Shown in pieces: positions 7,367 to 16,761 of a DNA stretch of 64,000 nucleotides (position 1 is its first letter; each line of letters begins with the position of its first letter). A program made the position numbers and the translations under genes. The stretch is from Actinomycetes bacterium. GTDB lineage: Bacteria; Actinomycetota; JAICYB01. The notes beneath the pieces were generated by a model that was given only the letters and a program-made list of their open reading frames with translations, was not told where the DNA came from and searched no databases. The DNA is taken from positions 9,724-73,723 of the forward strand of contig JAICYB010000009.1 in the NCBI GenBank assembly GCA_025934435.1, given 5' to 3'.

Positions 7367-8539
7367 GTGCGGAAATGGTGTGTGTCGCTTATAGCCGTCG
7401 TCACGCTTGGTATGACGTCCGCTGCGACGGCTGCGCCGCTCCCCGTTCCCGGAACGGGTGTGCTCGCGAAGGACACGCACCCCGACTACTCCTGGAACTC
7501 CGGCTACCAGTCGAAGATCGTGACGTTTCCCTCGCGACGGTCCCACGCCGTCCTCGCCGGCACCCTCTACGGGCCGACGTCCATGTCCGGACGGCTCCCC
7601 GCCGTCGTCGCGATCCCGCCGAGCGGCGGGGCCGCGACGCAAGGATCCGTGTCCTACATCACGAAGTTGCTCGCGATCAACGGGTACATCGGGATCACCG
7701 TCGATCCGCAAGGTGTGGGGGATTCAGGGAGCCTCGGCGATCCGCCGTGCACGGGCACGGCCGGCCGCAGCAACCCGAGTCCGTGCGCGAACGTCCCGTT
7801 CCAGCAGGAGGACAACTTCTTCGATGCAGGACAAAGCGCGCTCGACTTCTTGCTGTCGAAGAACGATCCGTGGCTCGCTCACGTCGACACCAAGCACATC
7901 GGTGCGACGGGGCACTCCGAGGGCGCACGAGCGGCCACGTATCTGCAAGACCCCCGCTACGACGGACGGGTCAAGGTGGTCGTCGCGCTCGACAATCTCG
8001 CATCGAACTACTGCGGTGACGCGGGCACACCGAGCAACGAAGGGCCGGGCGGCAGCACCGGGCTGCAGAACGCGCTCATCAACGGGATGCCGAAGTGCAT
8101 GACGGATCCGTCCAACGCGTCGTTCGTCATCCGGCCGGTCGGCCCGGCGATGGGTCTTGCGTCGGACGGGCCGGCGGGGTTGGGGACGAACGATCCGACG
8201 GGGGTATTCGAAGGCTCACCGTCCGAGAAGAAGACGGCGATGACCGCCTGGCGAGCGCACCACGTTCCGTCGATGGAACTCGTGCTCGCCGGTGTCACGC
8301 ACGGGATGTTCGCGCAGCAGTCGGACAGCGACGAGACGTTGCTTCACAACATCGCGTCCTACGCGAAGGCGTGGTTTGACCTGTTCCTGAGGAACCGGTC
8401 ATCGGGGCTGACGGTGTTGCACGCGCGGACGACCCCGACGGGCGAGAACGTGACGGCGTTCTTGTCGGCGTCGTACTTGTCTGCGATGTACGTGCCGAAG
8501 TCGCGCATCGACTGCGCCGACTTCCGGACGCGCTGCTAG
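7367..8539 (+). CDS. Secreted alpha/beta hydrolase
   Basis: GGAGGGGAG RBS before GTG 7367; signal peptide (RKWCVSLIAVVTLG...ATA); DPQGVGDS, nucleophile elbow GHSEG, C-terminal THGMF and AWFDLFL. Confidence 0.8.
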   Translation: MRKWCVSLIAVVTLGMTSAATAAPLPVPGTGVLAKDTHPDYSWNSGYQSKIVTFPSRRSHAVLAGTLYGPTSMSGRLPAVVAIPPSGGAATQGSVSYITKLLAINGYIGITVDPQGVGDSGSLGDPPCTGTAGRSNPSPCANVPFQQEDNFFDAGQSALDFLLSKNDPWLAHVDTKHIGATGHSEGARAATYLQDPRYDGRVKVVVALDNLASNYCGDAGTPSNEGPGGSTGLQNALINGMPKCMTDPSNASFVIRPVGPAMGLASDGPAGLGTNDPTGVFEGSPSEKKTAMTAWRAHHVPSMELVLAGVTHGMFAQQSDSDETLLHNIASYAKAWFDLFLRNRSSGLTVLHARTTPTGENVTAFLSASYLSAMYVPKSRIDCADFRTRC

Positions 8540-10092
8540 TTGATCCGGCGCTCCTGGTCTTTCCAGTACGGCTCGCGCAGGATCCGCTTCAGGAGCTTCC
8601 CGCTCGGGTTCCGCGGTAGCTCTGTCGCGAAGTCGACCGAGCGCGGGATCTTGTAGCCCGCGAGGCGCTCGCGCGCGTACGCGATCAACTCGTCGGGCTC
8701 CAAAGAAGCACCGTCCTTCAACACGACGACCGCTTTCACCGACTCGCCCCACTTCGGATCGGGCACGCCGATCACGGCGATGTCCGCTACGGACGGGTGT
8801 CCGGAGAGTGCGTTCTCGACTTCGATCGGATAGATGTTCTCGCCGCCGGACACGATCATGTCTTTGATCCGGTCGGTGAGGAAGACGAAACCTTCGGCGT
8901 CCATATAACCGGCGTCGCCGGTCTTGAACCAGCCGTCCGAGGTCATCACGGCGTCGGTCGCGTCGGGCTTGTTCCAGTAGCCCTTCATGTTCTGCCCCGA
9001 GCGCGTCCAGAGCTCGCCGACTTGCCCGCGCTCGACTTCATTCCCGCGCTCGTCGACGATCTTCATCTCGACGTGCGGATAGGGCTTGCCGGCCGAACGC
9101 AGGAGGTGCTCGCGTGGTCCGTCCGGATCGTGATCTTCCGCGTCGAGCTGCGTGATGGCGCCGGTCGTCTCCGTGAGTCCGTACACCTGGAGGAGCGGAC
9201 AACCGAACGTACGCATCGAGCGCGTCAGCACTTCGTTCGTGATCGGCGAGGCGCCGTAGACGATCGCGCGGATCGCGCTGAAGTCACCGTCCGCGCAGTT
9301 GGGGAGCGCGGAGAGGAACTGCAACACGGCCGGGACGAGGAACGCGTTCGTGATCTTCTCGTTCTGCAATGTGTCCAGCAGCTGCGGCGGAACGATCTCG
9401 CGAACGATCACCGACTTGCAGCCTTGCGTCATGCCGACGAGCGCCCAGCCGGAGCCCCCGATGTGGAACAGCGGCATCGCGACGAGGTTGACCGAGTCGG
9501 CGTCGAACGACCACAGCGGGCCGATCGTCGGCATCATGGCGCCGAGGTTTGAGTTCGTGAGCATCGCGCCTTTCGGCAGTCCCGTCGTGCCCGACGTGTA
9601 GAGCTGCATCGCGACGTCGTCGCCTGTGCCGTCCGCGCCGGGATCGACGGATTCTTGCTTCGACACCCACGCGTCCCACGATTCGTGGGTCGGGTGATCG
9701 CCGATGACGACGATCTTCTTCACCGTTTGGAGACCCGGTTCGAACTGTTCGAGGTGTGAGACGAACTCGGAGCCGACGACGAGGACACGCGCTTCGGCGT
9801 CGTTGATCGTGTACTCCATCTCGGGTGGCGCGAGGCGCCAGTTGACCCCGACCGTGACGGCGTTGAGCTTCGCGCCGCCGAAGAGGAACTCGAAGTACTC
9901 GGGCCCGTTCTTGTCGATGAACGCGATGCGGTCCTGCTCGCCCACGCCTTCCGCGGCGAGCGCCTGCGCGACCTGGTTCGTCCGCGCGTCGAGCTCCGCC
10001 CACGTCGTGATCCGTCCTTCGTAGGAGATCGCCGCCGAATCCGGACGCTCCTTGCCGTGTCCCCGGACGATCCCCGCAACGGTCCAGCTCAT
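8536..10092 (-). CDS. Long-chain fatty acid-CoA ligase
   Basis: LYTSGTTGLPKG, YGLTET, GWFKTGDAG, DRIKDMIVSGGENIYP, PRNPSGKLLK; RBS GGGAGGAGG before ATG 10092. Confidence 0.93.
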   Translation of the reverse strand: MSWTVAGIVRGHGKERPDSAAISYEGRITTWAELDARTNQVAQALAAEGVGEQDRIAFIDKNGPEYFEFLFGGAKLNAVTVGVNWRLAPPEMEYTINDAEARVLVVGSEFVSHLEQFEPGLQTVKKIVVIGDHPTHESWDAWVSKQESVDPGADGTGDDVAMQLYTSGTTGLPKGAMLTNSNLGAMMPTIGPLWSFDADSVNLVAMPLFHIGGSGWALVGMTQGCKSVIVREIVPPQLLDTLQNEKITNAFLVPAVLQFLSALPNCADGDFSAIRAIVYGASPITNEVLTRSMRTFGCPLLQVYGLTETTGAITQLDAEDHDPDGPREHLLRSAGKPYPHVEMKIVDERGNEVERGQVGELWTRSGQNMKGYWNKPDATDAVMTSDGWFKTGDAGYMDAEGFVFLTDRIKDMIVSGGENIYPIEVENALSGHPSVADIAVIGVPDPKWGESVKAVVVLKDGASLEPDELIAYARERLAGYKIPRSVDFATELPRNPSGKLLKRILREPYWKDQERRIN

Positions 10093-10128
10093 CCTGTCCT
10101 CCTCCCGATATCCGGTCACAGTCTGCCA

Positions 10129-10172
10129 TTGACAGGCCTGCCTAACACTGTTAGATTTCCGAACAGTGTTAG
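10129..10172 (+). promoter_or_regulatory. SigA-type promoter with overlapping TetR operator (probable leaderless tetR transcript)
   Basis: TTGACA (10129-10134), 17 nt, TAGATT (10152-10157). An 11-bp inverted repeat CTAACACTGTT-N9-AACAGTGTTAG (10142-10172) covers the -10 and the GTG start. Confidence 0.75.
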
Positions 10173-10753
10173 ATACTAGGACGCTTCGCCGAGACGCGAC
10201 ACGGGCCAGGATCCTCGAGGCCGCGTGGACGCTCGCCAAACGGGACGGCCTCGCCGCGCTCTCGCTTCGGGAAGTGGCGGCCGCCGTCGGCATGAGGGCT
10301 CCGTCCCTCTACACGTACTTCGACTCGAAGAACGACCTGTACGACGCGATGTACGCGGAGACGGCGGCGATGGTCGCAACCGTCGTCCGCGACGGAGCCG
10401 TCGGCTCGACACCGAAAGATCGCTTGCGCCGCGGGATGCATGCCTTCGTCGTGTTCTTCGCGGAGAATCCGGCGCGCTACCAGCTGCTCGTCGAGCGCCC
10501 CGTGCCCGGCTTCGTCCCGCGGCCGGAATCGTTCGCGGTGTCGCGCGAGACGTTCGCGTCCACGATCGCAACCGACCTCGCGGCGCTCGGGATCACGGGA
10601 GAGCGCGCGACGAACATGTGGCGCGCGATCACGACCGGACTCCTCACGCAACAGATCGCGAACGACCCGGGCGGCGACGGTTGGACATCGCTCGTGGACG
10701 ACGCCTTCGACATGTACATGACGTTCCACGAACGGAAGGGGAAGAAGCGATGA
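10166..10753 (+). CDS. TetR/AcrR-family regulator (WHG-type C-terminus)
   Basis: TRARILEAAWTLAKRDGLAALSLREVAAAVGMRAPSLYTYFDSKNDLY. Confidence 0.93.
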   Translation: MLDTRTLRRDATRARILEAAWTLAKRDGLAALSLREVAAAVGMRAPSLYTYFDSKNDLYDAMYAETAAMVATVVRDGAVGSTPKDRLRRGMHAFVVFFAENPARYQLLVERPVPGFVPRPESFAVSRETFASTIATDLAALGITGERATNMWRAITTGLLTQQIANDPGGDGWTSLVDDAFDMYMTFHERKGKKR

Positions 10754-12129
10754 AAGTAGTCGTGCTCGGTGCTGGTCCGATCGGTCTTGCAACGTCGATG
10801 CTGCTTGCGAAGGACGGTCACGATGTGACCGTGCTCGAGAAGGACCCGCAGGCACCGCCTGCGACTGTCGATGAGATCTGGGAGAACTGGGATCGACGCG
10901 CCGTCGCGCAGTTCCGTCAGACCCATCTCTGCCACGCGAGGTTCCGACACGTGCTCGACGCGGAGCTCCCGGATGTGCGCGATGAGTTGCTCGCGCTCGG
11001 CGGGCGCCGGTTCAGCATCGCGAAGCCGATCCTCTCCTTGTTGGACGACCCATCGCCACGCGAAGGCGATGAACGGTTCGAGACCATCGCGGCGCGCCGT
11101 CCGATCATCGAAGCGGCATTCGCGCGCGTCGCCGAAGACACCGTCGGCGTGAAGGTCGAACGCGGTGTGACGGTCGACGGGCCGATCGCTCGCGGAACGC
11201 ACGTGACCGGCGTGCGAACGACGGATGGCGAGATGTTCGCTGCCGATCTTGTCGTCGACGCGACGGGCCGGCGTTCGAAGATCGTCGAGTGGGTCGCGGC
11301 GATCGGCGGACGGCCGCCGTACGAAGAAGCGAACGACACCGGATTCGCGTACTACACGCGCTACTACAAAGGAACGATGCCGGAGTACCGCGGTTCCATC
11401 GCGACGGCGTCGGAGTCGTTCTACGTCCTCACGGTTCCGGCGGACAACGACACGTGGATCATCGCCGTCATCGCGATGGCGGGGGACCGGCTGCTGAAGG
11501 GGCTCAGGCACAACGACGTGTGGGAACGGGCGGTTCGTTCGATGGCGCCGATCGCGCACTGGGTCGACGGCGAGCCTGTGTGTGACGTGATCCCGATGGC
11601 CGGAGCGATGGACCGTTACCGGAGGTTCGTCCTCGACGATCAACCGGTCGCGACGGGGATCGCCGTCGTCGGTGACGCGTGGGCGTGCACGAATCCCACG
11701 GCCGGACGCGGCATCTCCCTCGGCCTCCTGCACGCGCTTGCCCTGCGCGATTCGATCCGGAAGAACGACGATCCCGTCGCGCTCTTGAGGGAGTTCGACG
11801 CCGCAACCGAATCGGAGCTCACGCCGTGGTACCGCCAGCAGGTCGAACGCGACTACGAGCGGGCCGAGCAGGTGCAAGCAGCCGTCGACGGTCGTCCGTG
11901 GTCACCGCCGGAAACGCCGATGGCGAAGATGCAAGCCGCGTTCATGACCGGCGCGAGTCAGGATCCGGATCTCGCGCGCGGGTTCCTCGACAACATGTCG
12001 GTGCTCGCGCTGCCGCCGGAGATCATGTCGCGTCCCGGTGTCATGGAGAAAGTCATGCAGTACGCGGACGCTCCTCCGCGGGCGTTCGGCGGGCCGAACC
12101 GCAAAGAGCTCGCCGCGCTCGTCGCTTAG
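10750..12129 (+). CDS. FAD-dependent oxidoreductase
   Basis: ATGA overlap with tetR; MKVVVLGAGPIG Rossmann motif, VVDATGRRS, GDAWACTNPTAGRG. Confidence 0.88.
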   Translation: MKVVVLGAGPIGLATSMLLAKDGHDVTVLEKDPQAPPATVDEIWENWDRRAVAQFRQTHLCHARFRHVLDAELPDVRDELLALGGRRFSIAKPILSLLDDPSPREGDERFETIAARRPIIEAAFARVAEDTVGVKVERGVTVDGPIARGTHVTGVRTTDGEMFAADLVVDATGRRSKIVEWVAAIGGRPPYEEANDTGFAYYTRYYKGTMPEYRGSIATASESFYVLTVPADNDTWIIAVIAMAGDRLLKGLRHNDVWERAVRSMAPIAHWVDGEPVCDVIPMAGAMDRYRRFVLDDQPVATGIAVVGDAWACTNPTAGRGISLGLLHALALRDSIRKNDDPVALLREFDAATESELTPWYRQQVERDYERAEQVQAAVDGRPWSPPETPMAKMQAAFMTGASQDPDLARGFLDNMSVLALPPEIMSRPGVMEKVMQYADAPPRAFGGPNRKELAALVA

Positions 12130-12139
12130 AGCAACGCGT

Positions 12140-12537
12140 TCATGGTCTGATCATCTGGTAGTGCGTGTCGGTTCGTCCGATCTCGAGGAACCCGAGACGT
12201 TCGTAGAGCGCACGCGCGCGATGGTTCTCGAACAGGACGCCGAGTTGCACCGGTTTGCCTCGTGCGATCACGTCGTGCATGAGCTGCGTCCCGATGCCTC
12301 GGTTCTGGAACGCGGGCGCGATGACGATCATGTTGACCTTGATCGCTGTACGTAACCCGCGGGCTCGCCCTCGACCACGACGATCTCGTAGCTCGCCGCG
12401 TTCCACTCGTCGTCGAAGAACGCGTCTTGGAGCTCGGGGTCGAACACGCCGAACTGGCGAATCACGACCTCGCGGAACGCGTCGTGGTGCGTCTGCCGCG
12501 CGACATCTTTGTCGTCGTCAGTCGCGGGACGAAGCAC
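12140..12537 (-). pseudogene. GNAT acetyltransferase split by a frameshift near 12345
   Basis: Frame 1 gives MLRPATDDD...EGEPAGYVQR. Another frame continues AIKVNMIVIAPAFQNRGIGTQL...NHRARALYERLGF (motifs A and B). Could also be an assembly error. Confidence 0.7.
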
Positions 12538-13393
12538 CGATCGTCTCTCGCGCCTTCCCGCCCGGTGCGCCGACGATCATCTTGATGATCGCTTCGGTGA
12601 TCTTCGGTTCGAGACCTTCGGTGTGTCCTTTGTCGAGCCGAACGATGTCCGCTATGACGCGGCCGTCTTTCGCGTTCGGGTAGACGAAGATCTGCGCCGA
12701 TCCCGGACGCGCTTCGCGTCCCCACGACGGTTTGAACGTTTCCCAGCGAGAGTCGTAGACCTGGCCCGGCTCGGTGTCGACGACATCGGGAAGCTGCTCG
12801 CGGGCGGCCGCGCCGTACCGTTCGGCCCACGGGGATGTCGACGGCAACTCCTTGATCTCGTGCTCGCCGGTGGCGTAGATGAACGACAGCTCGGCCGAAG
12901 GGAGCGGCGGCGGCTCGAAGCCTCGGCGCGCGAACGGCGGCCGTTCCGATCCCGGTGGACGAGGCGGTCCGAAGTCGTCCGCCATCGGCGCTTGGCCGAA
13001 TCGTCCTCCGGAAAGGCTGATGAACCCGTCGACGCGATCGGCGAAGTACGGCGTACCGAGGAGTCTGCGCGACGTCATACCGCCCTGCGAATGTCCGGCG
13101 AGCCAGAACGACGCGACGTCGAACCGGCCGAGCACCATGTCGCAGACGTTCCGCAGATGCTCGTCGTCGGCGTCGGCGGCCCAGAAACGCATCGGGGTGT
13201 CCGTGAGCGCGGTCGGCGCGGCGACGACGAGGCCGTACGCGTCGGCGAAGTCGTGCGCGGGGAAGTAACCGCGCTGCCACACGCCGGCCGAACCGCCGCC
13301 GTGCAGATTCAAGATGAACGTCGACGGTTCGTCGGCGTAGTCGAGGTAGAACTTCCGATCCGTCCTCGGATCGACGACCGTCTCGGACTTCAC
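12518..13393 (-). CDS. Alpha/beta hydrolase (esterase-like)
   Basis: GTGA overlap with the upstream gene; FILNLHGGGS, GHSQGG, GHTEGLEP. Confidence 0.8.
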   Translation of the reverse strand: MKSETVVDPRTDRKFYLDYADEPSTFILNLHGGGSAGVWQRGYFPAHDFADAYGLVVAAPTALTDTPMRFWAADADDEHLRNVCDMVLGRFDVASFWLAGHSQGGMTSRRLLGTPYFADRVDGFISLSGGRFGQAPMADDFGPPRPPGSERPPFARRGFEPPPLPSAELSFIYATGEHEIKELPSTSPWAERYGAAAREQLPDVVDTEPGQVYDSRWETFKPSWGREARPGSAQIFVYPNAKDGRVIADIVRLDKGHTEGLEPKITEAIIKMIVGAPGGKARETIGASSRD

Positions 13394-14370
13394 GACACCG
13401 AAACGCTCGCGAGCTTTCCGATGCGCGCGAGTTCGCGTTCCGCTTGCTCGACGAAACGACCTACGAGTTCGGCGGCCGGAATCAGTTCGGTGATGGCGCC
13501 GACGCCTTGTCCCGCGGGGTAGCACTCCTTGTCCGGGTCGACGCCGGCGGTGAGGTCGTCGCCGCCGAGATGCATCGCTTGATCTTGCGTCGAACGAACC
13601 ATCTGCTGCGGGAACCGCTGGAGTTCGTCCGGGTGCTGCTCGAAGTACTTCGTGTACGAGTTCTCGAGAGCGCGCAGCGTCTTGCCGGTGAACGCGCGCG
13701 AGATGACGGTCTGATCTTCGGCGGACGCAAGCAGCTTGTCCTTGTAGCCGATCGTCGAACGCGCTTCGGGCGTCGCGATGAAGCGCGTGCCGACCCAGAT
13801 GCCCTCGGCGCCGAGCGCGAGGGCGGCGGCGAGGCCTCGTCCATCGAAGATGCCTCCGGCGGCGACGACGGGGACCTTGTCGCCGACCGCATCGACGATC
13901 TGCGGAACGAGCGGCATCGTCGCGACTTTGCCCGTATGTCCGCCGGCTTCCGTCCCTTGCGCGACGACGATGTCGCAACCGGCCGCGACGGCTTGTACGG
14001 CGTGGCTCACCTTGCCGCACATGTTCACCACGAGCACGCCGCGGCGATGGCAGAGGTCGACGATGTCGACGGGGACGCCGAGTCCGGCGACGAAGACCGT
14101 CGCTCCATTGTCGATCGCGGCTGTGCACTGCGCCGTCATGTCACCGGCGGCGGTCAACAGATCCACGCCGAACGGCTTCGACGTGAGCTTCTTCAATTCT
14201 TGGATCTCGCCGACCATCTGTTCGGTCGACATCGTCGCGGCGCCGAACGTGCCGAAGCCGCCGCCTTCCGAAACCGCCGCGACCAACTTGTGGTACGCGA
14301 CACCACCCATGCCGGCGAGCATCACCGGGTGTTCGATGTTCAAGATCTCTGTGAGTCGTGTCCGGATCAC
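13390..14370 (-). CDS. Nitronate monooxygenase / FabK-like FMN-dependent oxidoreductase
   Basis: IEHPVMLAGMG, KPFGVDL, AQGTEAGGHTG, AAGGIFDGRG, VGTRFIAT, AGQGVG. Confidence 0.9.
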   Translation of the reverse strand: MIRTRLTEILNIEHPVMLAGMGGVAYHKLVAAVSEGGGFGTFGAATMSTEQMVGEIQELKKLTSKPFGVDLLTAAGDMTAQCTAAIDNGATVFVAGLGVPVDIVDLCHRRGVLVVNMCGKVSHAVQAVAAGCDIVVAQGTEAGGHTGKVATMPLVPQIVDAVGDKVPVVAAGGIFDGRGLAAALALGAEGIWVGTRFIATPEARSTIGYKDKLLASAEDQTVISRAFTGKTLRALENSYTKYFEQHPDELQRFPQQMVRSTQDQAMHLGGDDLTAGVDPDKECYPAGQGVGAITELIPAAELVGRFVEQAERELARIGKLASVSVS

Positions 14371-14429
14371 GTCAGCCTCCCCGTCGGATATGCCACCATG
14401 ACTGTCTCGTAACGATAACCGGGAGGGTT

Positions 14430-16004
14430 ATGGCCGAGTTGAGCTTCGCCGACATCTGGGAACAGATCGCCGACGCATTCCCCGATGCGACGGCGCAGAT
14501 CCATGGGGACCGCCGCGAGACGTGGGGCGAGTTCGACCGGCGCGCCGACGGCGTCGCACAGGCGCTCCTCGACGCGGGACTCGAGCGGCAGGACAAGGTC
14601 GCGCAGTACCTCTACAACTGCCCCGAGTACCTGGAATCGCTGTTCGGCGCGGTCAAGGTCAGCGGCGTGCCCGTGAACACGAACTACCGCTACACCGACG
14701 ACGAGCTCGTCTACCTGTGGGACAACTCCGACGCCGTCGCCGTCGTCTTCCACGGCGCCTTCGTGGAAACGATCGAACGGATCCGGAGCCGCGTCCCCGG
14801 CGTGAAGCTCTGGCTGTTCGTCGACGACGGGACGGCCCCCTGCCCGGAGTGGGCACGTCCGTACGAAGAGGCCGCGACATCTGCGACGGGCCGCGTCGGG
14901 GCCGAACGCGGACCCGACGACCTCTACATGCTCTACACCGGCGGCACGACCGGCATGCCGAAGGGCGTGATGTGGCGCCAGGGCGATCTCATCGACGCCT
15001 ACGCGCGCAACATGGACCCGAACGCGTCGTGGCAGATGCCGGCGGCGCCGGGCGGCGTGTGCCTGCCGGCGTGTCCGTTGATGCACGGTACCGGTGCGTT
15101 CACCTCGTTCATCCTGTTGAACTCCGCCGGGTGCATCGTCACGCTCACGAAGCGGAACTTCGATGTGGTCGAGCTGCTCGACACCATCGAACGCGAGAAG
15201 GTGAACGTGATCGCCATCGTGGGGGACGCGTTCGCGAAGCCGATGCTCCGCGAACTCGATGCCAATCCGGGCCGGTGGAACATCTCGAGCCTGATCGCGG
15301 TCATCTCCTCCGGCGTCATGTGGAGCCACGAGACGAAGCAAGGACTGCTCAAGCATCACGGCGGCATGATCCTCTCCGACGCGTTCTCGTCATCTGAGGC
15401 GCTCGGCATGGGTTCGTCGACGTCGAGCGGCGAGAACGCGTCCGAAACCGCGAAGTTCACGCTCGGGCCGAACACGCGCGTCATCACCGATGACGGTCGC
15501 GACGTCGTACCGGGATCCGGCGAGCAAGGCATGGTCGCGGTGAAGGGCCTCGTCCCCGTCGGCTACTACAAGGATCCCGAGAAGACCGCGAAGACGTTCC
15601 GCGTCATCGACGGCGATCGGTACTCGATCCCCGGTGACTACGCGATGGTCGAAGCGGACGGATCACTCAAGATCCTCGGACGTGGATCGGTCTGCATCAA
15701 CACCGGCGGCGAGAAGGTCTTCCCGGAAGAGGTCGAGGAAGTCATCAAGCGTTACGACGCCGTGCTCGACTGCGCGGTCGTCGGCGTTCCCGACGAGAAG
15801 TGGGGCGAAGCGATCACGGCGATCGTGCAACCGCGTCCGGGGGCCGAGATCGACGACGGTGAACTCATCAAGCACGTGAAGGCGAACCTCGCCGCGTACA
15901 AAGCTCCGAAGCACGTCGTCGTCGTCGACACGATCGGACGGAGCCCGGCAGGCAAGGTCGACTACCCGGGCCTCAAGCAGAAGGCGATCGCACAAGTTGG
16001 GTAG
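14430..16004 (+). CDS. Acyl-CoA synthetase (FadD19-like)
   Basis: GGAGG RBS; LYTGGTTGMPKGVMWR, PLMHG, VGDAFAKP, GRGSVCINTGGEKVFPEEVE, RSPAGKVDY. Confidence 0.9.
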   Translation: MAELSFADIWEQIADAFPDATAQIHGDRRETWGEFDRRADGVAQALLDAGLERQDKVAQYLYNCPEYLESLFGAVKVSGVPVNTNYRYTDDELVYLWDNSDAVAVVFHGAFVETIERIRSRVPGVKLWLFVDDGTAPCPEWARPYEEAATSATGRVGAERGPDDLYMLYTGGTTGMPKGVMWRQGDLIDAYARNMDPNASWQMPAAPGGVCLPACPLMHGTGAFTSFILLNSAGCIVTLTKRNFDVVELLDTIEREKVNVIAIVGDAFAKPMLRELDANPGRWNISSLIAVISSGVMWSHETKQGLLKHHGGMILSDAFSSSEALGMGSSTSSGENASETAKFTLGPNTRVITDDGRDVVPGSGEQGMVAVKGLVPVGYYKDPEKTAKTFRVIDGDRYSIPGDYAMVEADGSLKILGRGSVCINTGGEKVFPEEVEEVIKRYDAVLDCAVVGVPDEKWGEAITAIVQPRPGAEIDDGELIKHVKANLAAYKAPKHVVVVDTIGRSPAGKVDYPGLKQKAIAQVG

Positions 16005-16761
16005 CTACGTCGAAGCCGGCGTCAAGACGTGGTTCGACACCGCGGGTGAGCGTGGCGAACCGTTGGTATTGCTGCACGGCGGACTCGTCGGCAACGACGC
16101 CTGGGGCTTGCAGATGACGGTGTTCGCCGAATCCTTCCGCGTCTTCGCGCCCGAGCGGCGTGCTCACGGGCACACGCCCGATGTGGACGGACCACTCAGC
16201 TACGAGGACATGGCAGCCGACACGATCGCGTTCCTCGAGCGGGTCGTGAAGGAACCGGCGCATCTCGTGGGATGGAGCGACGGGGGCAACGTCGCGCTGC
16301 TCGTGGCGATCGAGCGTCCTGATCTCGTGCGCAAGGTCGTCGTGATGGGTGCGAACTACGACGCCGACGGTCTCGTGGTGCCGGACGCTGATCTCAACCC
16401 GGACGGACCGGAGCTCGCGATGTTCAAGACGCTGTACGAAGCCGCATCACCGGACGGCCCGGATCATTGGCCGGTCTTCGTCGGGAAGATCTTGGAGATG
16501 TGGAAGAACTTCCACGTCCCGCTCGAGCGGCTCGCGGTGATCGAGCCGCCGACACTCGTCTTGGTCGGCGACGACGACGCGATCACGCTCGAGCACACGG
16601 TGTCGCTCTACCGCGCGATCCACGATTCGGCGCTTGCTGTTCTCCCGTACGCGGCGCATCTCGTCGCGCTGGAGCAGGCGGACGTCGTGAACGAGATGAT
16701 CCTGCGATTCCTACAGAACGACCCGCCGACGACGCTGATGCCCATCCGCCGCGCTACCTAG
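15997..16761 (+). CDS. Alpha/beta hydrolase
   Basis: LLHGG, ERRAHGHT, GWSDGG, GDDD, AAHL. Confidence 0.9.
   Translation: MGSYVEAGVKTWFDTAGERGEPLVLLHGGLVGNDAWGLQMTVFAESFRVFAPERRAHGHTPDVDGPLSYEDMAADTIAFLERVVKEPAHLVGWSDGGNVALLVAIERPDLVRKVVVMGANYDADGLVVPDADLNPDGPELAMFKTLYEAASPDGPDHWPVFVGKILEMWKNFHVPLERLAVIEPPTLVLVGDDDAITLEHTVSLYRAIHDSALAVLPYAAHLVALEQADVVNEMILRFLQNDPPTTLMPIRRAT

Noticed and set aside
10142-16004. KstR operator and cholesterol catabolic cluster (FadD19-like and IpdC-like genes)
   Set aside because: The operator is AAC-N3-GTT rather than KstR's TnnAACnnGTTnnA, and no kstD, hsa, ksh or ipdAB genes are in the window.
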